Positions 27,474 through 36,287 of a stretch of DNA of 64,000 nt are shown piece after piece (positions within the stretch are counted from its first letter, which is position 1; each line of letters starts with the position of its first letter). This DNA comes from an uncultured virus (IMG/VR IMGVR_UViG_3300033074_001400) (Duplodnaviria > Heunggongvirae > Uroviricota > Caudoviricetes). The stretch lies in the IMG/VR virus record IMGVR_UViG_3300033074_001400, positions 1 through 64,000 of that record, one strand, 5' to 3'. The notes under the pieces are model-generated. The model was not told where the DNA came from and did no database searches. It was given only the letters and a program-made list of their open reading frames with translations. A program made the position numbers and the translations under genes.

Positions 27474-28621
27474 CAGAACCTGTAAAAGAGGTTAAAAAGA
27501 GAGCACCAAAAAAAAGAAGTATATTCTTTAAACGTCATAAGGAAGATGTAATTCCTTCAGATATAGCTCTCAATTATCTAAATACTATGGTAAAGGTAAA
27601 TGTTGATGATGACGAATTTGGTAGTGAAAGATTAATTAATGTATATACTGATTTTATACCATTAAGTTATCTATTTTTAACCTTAGATAATGATTTTTTA
27701 AGTAAACCAGATATTAATTATATTTTAGGTAATTCTCATAATTTTTATAAATTACAAAGTAAAGAGAACGAAGTATTACCAAATATGTTTTGTAGATATT
27801 TGCATACAGTAGGTCATAGCTCTTCATTAGATACAATAATTGCAAAATTAGCTGAAAATGTAAAAAAATATATTAGTATTTCAGATATGGTTCCTTTAAA
27901 TGCTTATTTTGATGCATATACACGTAGTATAGGTGATATAAATAATTTTATGGGATTTTCTGATTATTGTGGTAGATATAGATATAGAGGTAGAACTATT
28001 CGTTTAACTAATATTCATAATTCATTATATTATGAGATGATAGAATCGCCTGTACCACCAATACCTACATACATATCAGTGGTACTTCCTGAGAATTATC
28101 TATATCAAAAATATCATATATTAGCTACTGGTAAAGTGGATGCTTCTAAAGTAATTATTTTAGTAAATGATGATGTAGATCATGTATCATTTAGTGGTAG
28201 TCAAAGTGTACGTAAATATCATAAATCAATGTTAGATAAGCTTATTTCTAAAGGATATCAAACTTGGAATGTACCTCAACAGTTTATACTGGATAATTGT
28301 TTTGTTAAAAAACATAAAGTGACAGGTAAATCAAGTAGGGAAATCAATAAGAAATTAGATGAATTGATTAGGGAATTTGGTGAATATATGAAAACCAGTT
28401 TTGGTAATACTACTGAATATGTAGTGAAATGGGCAGAAGATGTATTAGAATCATCTTCACCATCAGTGGTAGCATCGGATCACGGTTCTAATATAGCCCT
28501 TGATTATACGATTAGAACTACATATTTTAGTGATAGTAGTCCAATGCCTGAAATTAGATATATAGCGGCAGTTGATCCTGTATTTCCCCCTTCATCTTTA
28601 GGTGAAGAATCAGGATTTTAA
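27452..28621 (+). CDS. unknown protein overlapping the E1 gene (last gene of the Ubl operon)
   Basis: 389 aa; overlaps the E1 stop and is followed by a strong inverted repeat. Confidence 0.75.
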   Translation: MSDETILAEPVKEVKKRAPKKRSIFFKRHKEDVIPSDIALNYLNTMVKVNVDDDEFGSERLINVYTDFIPLSYLFLTLDNDFLSKPDINYILGNSHNFYKLQSKENEVLPNMFCRYLHTVGHSSSLDTIIAKLAENVKKYISISDMVPLNAYFDAYTRSIGDINNFMGFSDYCGRYRYRGRTIRLTNIHNSLYYEMIESPVPPIPTYISVVLPENYLYQKYHILATGKVDASKVIILVNDDVDHVSFSGSQSVRKYHKSMLDKLISKGYQTWNVPQQFILDNCFVKKHKVTGKSSREINKKLDELIREFGEYMKTSFGNTTEYVVKWAEDVLESSSPSVVASDHGSNIALDYTIRTTYFSDSSPMPEIRYIAAVDPVFPPSSLGEESGF

Positions 28622-28635
28622 ATAATTTTTATAAC

Positions 28636-28682
28636 AAGAACCTAGAAATATTTGGATATTATTTCTAGGTTCTTTAAATTTG
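28636..28682 (+). promoter_or_regulatory. perfect 15-bp inverted repeat overlapping a Bacteroidota promoter
   Basis: AAGAACCTAGAAATA (28636-50) / TATTTCTAGGTTCTT (28660-74); TTTG 28651 - 20 nt - TAAATTTG 28675. Confidence 0.75.
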
Positions 28683-28687
28683 TACTT

Positions 28688-28939
28688 ATGAGTAGTAATC
28701 TTCCTCCCGATCTGACAGAAGGTAGCTATGGAGCACCTTGGAATGATATAGATGGCGAATTTGATATAGTTATAAGAGTAAGAGTAGGTGTATGCGTAAA
28801 AGGACCATTATCTAAAGAGCAAACAATCAGTGAGTTACGTAATGCTGCGAAAAGTATTGCGGGATTAATAGAAGATCATATTCAGGCGTGTGATGATAGT
28901 GTGTTAGATATTGAGATTAAATCAATAGACGAAATATGA
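28688..28939 (+). CDS. hypothetical protein
   Basis: likely start MSSNLPP at 28688, downstream of the promoter; APWND motif. Confidence 0.6.
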   Translation: MSSNLPPDLTEGSYGAPWNDIDGEFDIVIRVRVGVCVKGPLSKEQTISELRNAAKSIAGLIEDHIQACDDSVLDIEIKSIDEI

Positions 28940-29409
28940 GAAAAAAACAAAAGAACAACAAAGTGAGGAGCGATACTTCACCAAAAAAGAGAAGAACCAT
29001 AGCTGTAAAGAAAAAAGCTCTTACAAAGAAAAGAAAAGGATTACCTAGAACTAGGAATCATAATACTTGGACAGAATCTGAATTTTGGACAATGATTCGG
29101 TCTGCTTTACGTAGACGTACAATATATTGGAAACCAATATCTGTATGTAGAGATAAATCCAGAAGGAATTATTCTGGTCCAAATAAGAGACAAAAGTTTG
29201 AGTATCAGTGTAATATGTGTAAAGAGTGGTTTTCTGGAAAGAATATCACTGTTGACCACATCGAACCTGCGGGTATATTAAGACAAGCATCTGATCTCCC
29301 AGAATTTGTAGAAAAATTATTTTGTGAAGTGGATGGTTTACAAGTACTTTGTAATCCATGTCATGATGCTAAAACAAAAGAAGATAAAGAAAAATTAAAA
29401 AAACTATGA
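28936..29409 (+). CDS. HNH endonuclease
   Basis: CNMC...VDHIEP...LQVLCNPCH. Confidence 0.85.
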   Translation: MRKKQKNNKVRSDTSPKKRRTIAVKKKALTKKRKGLPRTRNHNTWTESEFWTMIRSALRRRTIYWKPISVCRDKSRRNYSGPNKRQKFEYQCNMCKEWFSGKNITVDHIEPAGILRQASDLPEFVEKLFCEVDGLQVLCNPCHDAKTKEDKEKLKKL

Positions 29410-29849
29410 AATATTTTAGTAATTTATCAAAATACGATGAAAAAGGAAAAAGATTAGCTATTTTTGCTGAAGTAGATGAAGAATCTCCGACTAAATTACA
29501 TATTTTTATTTTAAAATGTAGTAAAAAGGATCAATTTACAAAAGCTTTAGCTAGGAAAGTATATGAAAAATATAGAGAAACACGTACTGTTTTAGTTGTA
29601 GAACACAATCGTGTATATTATCATCCTAACGTTATAAGTATAACCATTGATAATCCAGCTACGCCTAAGAAATGTTTTTTAGAATGGTGTAATAATAACT
29701 TTTTTTCATATAGAAAATCAACATTTCAAATATATCCATTTCTTATATATCCTAGCAACTATACAAAATTAATAGATGCAAAATTAAGTAATAGATTCGT
29801 TAAAATAACAACATTTGAACATGGGAGCACAAGGGGAATTAAAGCGTGA
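29406..29849 (+). CDS. hypothetical protein
   Basis: 147 aa; CSKKDQF motif. Confidence 0.6.
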   Translation: MKYFSNLSKYDEKGKRLAIFAEVDEESPTKLHIFILKCSKKDQFTKALARKVYEKYRETRTVLVVEHNRVYYHPNVISITIDNPATPKKCFLEWCNNNFFSYRKSTFQIYPFLIYPSNYTKLIDAKLSNRFVKITTFEHGSTRGIKA

Positions 29850-30951
29850 AAGAATAGCTACACCTGATGTAGAATATCGTAAAATCGAGGCATTAAATTA
29901 TAGTAGCATTGTTACTTTTGATAAAAGTCCTGTAAAATTCTATGAAGAATTCATATTAGGACTTCCAAAAGATGATGAGGATACAAGTTCCTCATTGTTA
30001 GGTAATTTAATTGATGATATACTCCTTACAGCTAAGGGAGACGCTACAGAATTTGAGCAAATATTTAGTGATAGATATGCTCTTTTAACAGGAGAACCTT
30101 CTTCTAGTGCGCAAGGATTCATGCTGGCTGATGAACTCTTTAAGATAACAAAGAGATCAATAGTAAGTGGAGAAGTAACAGAAGAATTTGAACCTAGGTT
30201 TAGAGAAGCCTTTGAAAATATTCAAAGAGCTGGTAAATATAAAGGTAAAACTGTAGAATGGGCGATAGAAGATTTTAATACTAAAAATAAGTCAGGAATG
30301 AGTCCTGCTGAATATTTTAAATCCAAAATGGATAATATAGGCAAACTTGTTGTAAGTGAAGGACTTAAACTTAGAGCACTAGAAATTTCATCATACCTTC
30401 TTCAAGATGATTTTACAAAATCATTATTAGATTTAACGAATGAAGTGGATGGAATTGAAAAATTACCAAAATTTCCAATAGATTTTGTGTATAAAGGTGA
30501 AAATGGTAGTATTAAAGGAAAATGTGAAATAGATTTATTAATTGTAGATCATAATAAGAAATCTGTATTCCCATATGATTTAAAATCAACATATGATAAT
30601 ACATTATTTCCATTTAATTATATAAAAAATAGATATTATATTCAGGGAGGTTGGTATAGTGTTGGTGCTACATCATTTATGATGAACAACGGACTGAGCG
30701 ATTATAAATTAGAACCGTATCAATTTATATCAGCAGATACTTCTAAAAATAACAGAAGACCATTAATTTATAAACTAAACGATCAACATCTTAATGATGC
30801 TTGGGAAGGATTTTCAATAAATTCTTCTAAATTTAGAGGTATAAAAGAATTAGTTGATAATATTATATGGGCTAATGAAAGTAAAATTTGGAATATCAGT
30901 AAAAAGGCATACGAACAAAATGGTATAATAGCTTTAGAAAACTATAATTAA
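29821..30951 (+). CDS. PD-(D/E)XK exonuclease (RecE/DUF3799-like)
   Basis: LNYSSI, LGNLID, KCEIDLL..YDLKS and YYIQ..WY; likely start MGAQGELK at 29821. Confidence 0.8.
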   Translation: MGAQGELKRERIATPDVEYRKIEALNYSSIVTFDKSPVKFYEEFILGLPKDDEDTSSSLLGNLIDDILLTAKGDATEFEQIFSDRYALLTGEPSSSAQGFMLADELFKITKRSIVSGEVTEEFEPRFREAFENIQRAGKYKGKTVEWAIEDFNTKNKSGMSPAEYFKSKMDNIGKLVVSEGLKLRALEISSYLLQDDFTKSLLDLTNEVDGIEKLPKFPIDFVYKGENGSIKGKCEIDLLIVDHNKKSVFPYDLKSTYDNTLFPFNYIKNRYYIQGGWYSVGATSFMMNNGLSDYKLEPYQFISADTSKNNRRPLIYKLNDQHLNDAWEGFSINSSKFRGIKELVDNIIWANESKIWNISKKAYEQNGIIALENYN

Positions 30952-31538
30952 TGATCGACGAACTTTTTAAACATAATTGCAGTACACTATTTCTGCTAAA
31001 ACCTATAACAGGATCGAACTTCTCGTACCTTGAAAACGAATATGGATTAATTAATTCATACCTTAAAGATAAACTAAGAGAAGAAGATGGGGGAGATAAT
31101 ATGTATATATTATTTAAACCTCATGATTTTGAACAATTTGAGCAATTTTTAAACGCTCAGGAATTTGAAAATATCCACTTTAAAGAGGATTATGATTATG
31201 CTGGTGGATATGTTGTATTAATATACAAAATACCAGACCACTTACAAAAGGATTTTGAATTATTTAAACAAGGTAAATATTCAAAACTTTCCAAATTTAT
31301 TAAAGGTTGCTATGATAAAACCGTAAAAGTATATATGAAACACATTCCTACTTTTCAGTGGGATGTGTTTTCTCAAAATGAGAAATTTAGAAAAGAGATA
31401 GAGTTATTTCTTGATGTTGAATTAGATAAAGACGCAGAACTCTGGAGCATTCCAGATATGGATAAAGAAACTCTTGATATTGAAAAAATTAAAACTACAG
31501 GAAATGGAAAAAAGTCCGTTACAAAAAGCGTTAGATAA
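30951..31538 (+). CDS. phage hypothetical protein
   Basis: 195 aa; F..GKYSKLS motif. Confidence 0.65.
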   Translation: MIDELFKHNCSTLFLLKPITGSNFSYLENEYGLINSYLKDKLREEDGGDNMYILFKPHDFEQFEQFLNAQEFENIHFKEDYDYAGGYVVLIYKIPDHLQKDFELFKQGKYSKLSKFIKGCYDKTVKVYMKHIPTFQWDVFSQNEKFRKEIELFLDVELDKDAELWSIPDMDKETLDIEKIKTTGNGKKSVTKSVR

Positions 31539-31686
31539 ATTAGACCAGATAGAACTTGTATATAAAGATAGCAGTAAACCATCTGGTATTATAGATAAAG
31601 AGAAAGTAAAGAGATTATTAGAAGTGATGGAGATAGAAATGTTAGATGAATTTTCAAAATCAATAAAAAAGACATTTGACGCATGA
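31501..31686 (+). CDS. hypothetical protein
   Basis: short ORF overlapping both neighbours; start uncertain (ATG at 31504 likely). Confidence 0.5.
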   Translation, partial: EMEKSPLQKALDKLDQIELVYKDSSKPSGIIDKEKVKRLLEVMEIEMLDEFSKSIKKTFDA

Positions 31687-32060
31687 TTGATATAAAATTA
31701 ATAAAAAAAGAATATCCCAATTCGTATAAGAAATTGGAAGAATTTACTAGAGAACAATTGGTAAATTATGGAAGAACATTGTTACAACAAGGAGAGGGGT
31801 ATACACAAGCCGATCTTCCTGAATTAACAGATGATCTTATATATGGTAGTATATTATTCAATTTCAGACAGTTATATGAATTTTTTGATAAACAATATAT
31901 TATAGTACTTTTAGATGGGCCTGATGAAATGCATGGATGGTCTTGGCAGATTCGTACTGCTGATGAAACTTATAATGATAACGCTGCTCTTGCTAGTAGT
32001 AGAATAATGTGTGAAATAGAAGGATTTAAAAAAGCATTTGAAATACTTGAAAAACAATAA
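31683..32060 (+). CDS. hypothetical protein
   Basis: 125 aa. Confidence 0.65.
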   Translation: MIDIKLIKKEYPNSYKKLEEFTREQLVNYGRTLLQQGEGYTQADLPELTDDLIYGSILFNFRQLYEFFDKQYIIVLLDGPDEMHGWSWQIRTADETYNDNAALASSRIMCEIEGFKKAFEILEKQ

Positions 32061-32063
32061 ATT

Positions 32064-32447
32064 ATGGATAGAAAAAAAGTATATTACGCACACTCAATGC
32101 ATCTATATGGAACTGCTCAAGAAGAGAGAGATATAGAAACATTAGAATTATTAGGATATATAGTGTTAAATCCTAGCGATAAACATATACAAGAACAATT
32201 TAGAAAATGGCAAGCGGATTTTCAAGATAAAGAATATATGCTATTTTTTGACTATTTAATTGGAGAATGCGATATATTTGCATTTAGAAGACATGTTGAT
32301 GGTAAAATACCAGCAGGTGTATGGAAAGAAATACAATACGCTGAAAATCAAGGTAAAATAGTATTTGAATTACCTACCATCCTACCTAGTCATGAACTTA
32401 GTGTAGCTGAAACAAGAAAATATTTAGAATTAAATGGTCAACGATGA
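32064..32447 (+). CDS. nucleoside 2-deoxyribosyltransferase-like protein
   Basis: VYYAHS, VLNP, ECDIF and AGVWKEIQYA (NDT fold catalytic Glu). Confidence 0.65.
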   Translation: MDRKKVYYAHSMHLYGTAQEERDIETLELLGYIVLNPSDKHIQEQFRKWQADFQDKEYMLFFDYLIGECDIFAFRRHVDGKIPAGVWKEIQYAENQGKIVFELPTILPSHELSVAETRKYLELNGQR

Positions 32448-33509
32448 GTGGAGAAGGATTAAGATATAATGAAGGTAAGCTGAGGTACGATTTAGTACAT
32501 CCTTGGGCACATGAACAAATGGTTAAAGTAATTACCAAAGGTGCTGAAAAATATGCTCCTAGAAATTGGGAAAAAGGAATGGTATGGAGTAATGTAATAT
32601 CATCACTTAAACGCCATCTTGCTGCTATTGAAAAAGGTGAAGATTTTGATGCTGAATCTGGAGAATTACATGCTGCTCATTTAGCCTGTAATGTTCATTT
32701 TTTAACAGCATATTATAAAATATATCCTCAAGGGGATGATAGAGCACATAGATATTTAAATCGTCCTAAAATAGGACTTGATATAGATGAAGTGCTTGCA
32801 GATTGGGTGGGACATTGGACAAAACATCATGGTCAGGAAGTACCTGAAACTTGGAATTTTGATCGTCATATAGGAGATAAATTTAAACTTCTGGCTGAAG
32901 ATAAGGAATTTTGGCTTTCTATTCCTGTAAAAACGCCCCCATCTGAAATTAATTTTGAACCACATTGTTATATTACTTCTCGTAGTATTCCTAAAGAATG
33001 GACAGAAGAATGGCTTGATAAAAATGGATTTCCTACAATGCCTGTATATAGTGTTGGTTTTGGAGAGAGTAAAATTGATGTAGCTAGAAAAAGTGGAATA
33101 GAGATATTTGTAGATGATAAAAAATGTATGAAATATAAACTTCATAATCTGTCATCTTAAAATTCCGTTAAACGGGGAAACTCCATAGTGAAATGGACAA
33201 TCTCGTGCTAAATCAAGTAGAAATATTTGTAAATGCCTAACGACTAGAGGTGATGCTGTAAAATGCTATAAAATCCTCCAAGAAAGCGGGAGAACGCCTT
33301 AATAAGGACGAAGATATAGTCTGGACTATAGAAATATAAAAAACTATAGAAATAAAAGATAAAGAGCTTTTATGATAACAACTTAGAGATATGAAAATTT
33401 TGTAGAATTAAATAATGCTGGAATTTGTACATTTTTATTTGATGCTCCTCACAATCAACGTTATGATGTTGGTTTTAAAAGAATTAAATCTTTAAAAGAA
33501 ATTGTGTGA
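32444..33509 (+). CDS. dATP/dGTP diphosphohydrolase-like domain fused to a HAD 5'-nucleotidase; spliced, join(32444..33118,33387..33509), 265 aa
   Basis: GKLRYDL..GAEKY..NW..RH..ESGELH.AH; LDIDEVLAD, ITSR, and EIFVDD|RYENF...FDAPHN restored after intron removal. Confidence 0.88.
33119..33386 (+). mobile_element. group I self-splicing intron (268 nt, no ORF)
   Basis: 5' exon ends in U, paired with G of the IGS (AGAUGAU/GUCAUCU); P10 UUCAUAAUCU pairs the 3' exon AGAUAUGAA; R-like CCTAACGACTA and S-like AAGATATAGTC elements; terminal G; reading frame restored. Confidence 0.92.
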
Positions 33510-34021
33510 AAGTATATAAATGGGAAAACAAAAATGAAATTCAATCGAAAATATGGACATACGTTAAAAGAAGAGAACAGTTAAGACTTAAATATGGTGT
33601 AGAAGAACGAAAAAAAGCACCAGAAGAATATAAAAAGGCAGTTAAAACTATAAACAATAGGTTAGACCTTTGGAGGAGAAAAATGGTTGATATTGACAAA
33701 AGACGAATTCAAACGATAGCTATTGCTAATGCAGTGGCTTGTTTTACAGGATTTGATGTAAAAAATAGTGTGGATAAAAAGACAAATGATTATAATATAT
33801 CACGAAGTCTTTTTATCAAATATGGTATGGAGAGTGGAATAACTGGAGTGCTACTCGCTGAATATGTGGGTACTACAAATAGAAGTTATGCATCAAATGT
33901 AAGACTCTCATTTACAAGGAGTTTTGCAACTAATCCTGATAATAGAGAATTATATAAGAGATTTTTAAAACATATAAACGAATTATCAGAACAACATAAA
34001 ACTAAAAACGAGACATTTTAA
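33506..34021 (+). CDS. hypothetical protein, possible DnaA-C-like HTH
   Basis: 171 aa; coiled coil then ISRSLF...LAEYVG. Confidence 0.55.
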   Translation: MKVYKWENKNEIQSKIWTYVKRREQLRLKYGVEERKKAPEEYKKAVKTINNRLDLWRRKMVDIDKRRIQTIAIANAVACFTGFDVKNSVDKKTNDYNISRSLFIKYGMESGITGVLLAEYVGTTNRSYASNVRLSFTRSFATNPDNRELYKRFLKHINELSEQHKTKNETF

Positions 34022-34063
34022 GGATGTCTTTTTGGGTTTTAATCCTGATTACAATCTGATAAT

Positions 34064-34100
34064 AGTCCTCCTATTTCTATAGGGGGACTTTAATTTTTTT
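34064..34100 (+). terminator. Rho-independent terminator
   Basis: AGTCCTCCTAT-ttct-ATAGGGGGACT plus T-rich tail. Confidence 0.7.
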
Positions 34101-34117
34101 ATTTCAGAGATATTTCT

Positions 34118-34125
34118 TATCTTTG
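34118..34125 (+). promoter_or_regulatory. Bacteroidota -7 promoter element upstream of recA
   Basis: TATCTTTG; no perfect -33 TTTG. Confidence 0.5.
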
Positions 34126-34137
34126 AAATAAAAACAT

Positions 34138-35187
34138 ATGGCAAAAAAGAAACTAGATGAATCTCAAGTTGATGAAACTTTCAAGAAATTTGAAGAACTT
34201 TTTGGAAAAGGTGTAATGATTAGAGCATCTGAAAGACAGGTGGATGAAGTGAAAGAATGGTGTAGTACGGGTAGTCTTACATTAGACGCTGCTACTGGTG
34301 GGAATGGTATTCCAAAAGGTGGTAAATGTACCTGTATTATAGGCAAGGAAAGTAGTAGTAAAACTACATTGGCTTTGCATATAATCGCTGAAGAACAAAG
34401 AAAAGGAAATTTATGTGCTTTTCTTGATGTAGAAGGAACTATTGATTTAGAATACGCTCAATCAATTGGTGTAGATTTATCAAAATTACATCTTGTTGAT
34501 AGAGAATCACTTCTGAAACATTTAGGAATTAAAGATAGGGAGTTATTATCTGGTGAAGAATGGCTTGAATTTTTATGTAAAGTGTTACAAAGTAATTTGT
34601 ATGGTGTGGTGGTAATGGATAGCGTGGCTGCACTAATCCCTGCTGTAGAGATAGCAAATGGTATTTCAGGTGGTAGACTTGCAGGCGTAGCATCTATGAT
34701 GGCTAAAGCGTATAGGGCTGTAAATGGGGCATTGAGTGCCAGTACTAGTGGGTTTGTATATCTTAATCAGTATAGAATGAATCCGGGTGGGTATGTACCT
34801 CTTACAGAACCCGGTGGAGAGGCTTGGAAATATTTACAATCTCTTAAAATTGAAATAAGTAAAAGTGTAGATAAGGATGCAAATGGCGCATATGGAATAC
34901 ATGTAAAAGGTAAAATTACAAAATCTAAAATCGGTATTCCTTATAAGACATTTGAATACTATGTAGAATTTGGTAAAGGAATTCAAAGGGTTCAGGAAAT
35001 AATCGATTTGGCTCTTGAAATGGGAGAAATCACAAAAGGTGGTGCTTGGTATACAGTGGGTGAAACAAAACTTCAAGGTGAAGATGGTGTGAAACAGTTT
35101 TTAAAAGATAATCCTGAATATTTAGTAGAACTTGAAGGAAAAGTAAAAGAATACATTAAAACAAAAAATATTGAAATAAATGACTAA
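34138..35187 (+). CDS. recA: RecA recombinase
   Basis: STGSLTLD, GKESSSKTT, FLDVE, VMDSVAAL, NQYR, PGGEAWKY and GAWY. Confidence 0.93.
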   Translation: MAKKKLDESQVDETFKKFEELFGKGVMIRASERQVDEVKEWCSTGSLTLDAATGGNGIPKGGKCTCIIGKESSSKTTLALHIIAEEQRKGNLCAFLDVEGTIDLEYAQSIGVDLSKLHLVDRESLLKHLGIKDRELLSGEEWLEFLCKVLQSNLYGVVVMDSVAALIPAVEIANGISGGRLAGVASMMAKAYRAVNGALSASTSGFVYLNQYRMNPGGYVPLTEPGGEAWKYLQSLKIEISKSVDKDANGAYGIHVKGKITKSKIGIPYKTFEYYVEFGKGIQRVQEIIDLALEMGEITKGGAWYTVGETKLQGEDGVKQFLKDNPEYLVELEGKVKEYIKTKNIEIND

Positions 35188-35193
35188 TGAATT

Positions 35194-35568
35194 ATGGATA
35201 AATCTATAAAATCTGAAGTAACGTTAAAATCGTTATATTCAAGGCTTGAAAAGGAGAAAGCTGAATTGGGAGTGCTAGAAAAACAACGATGTGAAATCGT
35301 TGAAACTATAAAAAAACATAGTAGAAATGTAAATAGTTTAAAAGCTCAGATAGCTGATATGACAAAAGATAAACTTGTATTAAGTGAACATGCTAAATTA
35401 AGATTTTTAGAAAGAGTTGAACTTATAGATGTAAATGATATTGAGAATAAAGTAATCACTGATGAACTTATTAGAATGTGGAAAGTGCTTGGAAATGCAG
35501 AATTTCCAATTGGAATTGGAGAACATACATGTACAATTAAAAATGGTGTAATCACTACAATAAAATAA
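35194..35568 (+). CDS. coiled coil plus RelE/DUF4258-like domain
   Basis: LSEHAKLRFLERV...GVITTI. Confidence 0.55.
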   Translation: MDKSIKSEVTLKSLYSRLEKEKAELGVLEKQRCEIVETIKKHSRNVNSLKAQIADMTKDKLVLSEHAKLRFLERVELIDVNDIENKVITDELIRMWKVLGNAEFPIGIGEHTCTIKNGVITTIK

Positions 35569-35679
35569 TGCAATATTACATACATTTAGTTTGGCTTCTT
35601 GATTTTTATACTGATATAGTAGATATAACTAAAAATCAAAAAATGAAACTTGAATATATCAACAAAAAACTTGAGATAT

Positions 35680-35937
35680 ATGAAGAAGAATATGAGTAAA
35701 AAACCAAATTTGGATGAATATGATAATCAAGAAGACAAACCATTAGGACCACAATATATTGGTAATGGTACATTTATGAAGGATATTAGTGCTGGTGAAT
35801 TGATGGAACTTATTGAAAATTATACAGAAAATGTACCTGATAAACGTACACATTTGTATAAGAGATGGAGAAAAGTGACAAATAATATGATTGACTACTT
35901 TAATAAGAATTTTAGGGAAATTTATAAAAGGGTATAA
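35680..35937 (+). CDS. hypothetical protein
   Basis: ORF 35650..35937; start uncertain. Confidence 0.55.
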   Translation: MKKNMSKKPNLDEYDNQEDKPLGPQYIGNGTFMKDISAGELMELIENYTENVPDKRTHLYKRWRKVTNNMIDYFNKNFREIYKRV

Positions 35938-36287
35938 TGAAGAAAACAAAGGAAGAAAAAAAAGCTGAAAGTGAAAAAATGTGGGATTTTTTCTTTTCTC
36001 TATGGGATAGTAGGGAATTAATGGATCACTTTGGCAATACATTTGTCGTATGTTTTGAGACAGGAAAAAGATTATACAGAGATAAGTATAGAGGATTAAG
36101 TACTGTATATAGCCATATATTACCAAAAGAGAAAATTAAATACCCCCAATATAAGTTTTGTGAATGGAATGTTAAAATTGTACATCCTGATGCACATACC
36201 CAATTTTCAGAATTTCCAGAAAAAGCACCGAAACAATATGCTGAATATAAAAAATTACTATCTTTACACGAAAAAGGAGAATTATGA
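35937..36287 (+). CDS. HNH/NinG-like nuclease
   Basis: CFETG...SHILPK..YP...N......H. Confidence 0.55.
   Translation: MKKTKEEKKAESEKMWDFFFSLWDSRELMDHFGNTFVVCFETGKRLYRDKYRGLSTVYSHILPKEKIKYPQYKFCEWNVKIVHPDAHTQFSEFPEKAPKQYAEYKKLLSLHEKGEL

Noticed and set aside
32444..33160. 238-aa ORF ending KKCMKYKLHNLSS as given in the ORF track
   Set aside because: The last 13 codons are intron sequence; the true C-terminus is exon 2 (33387-33509).
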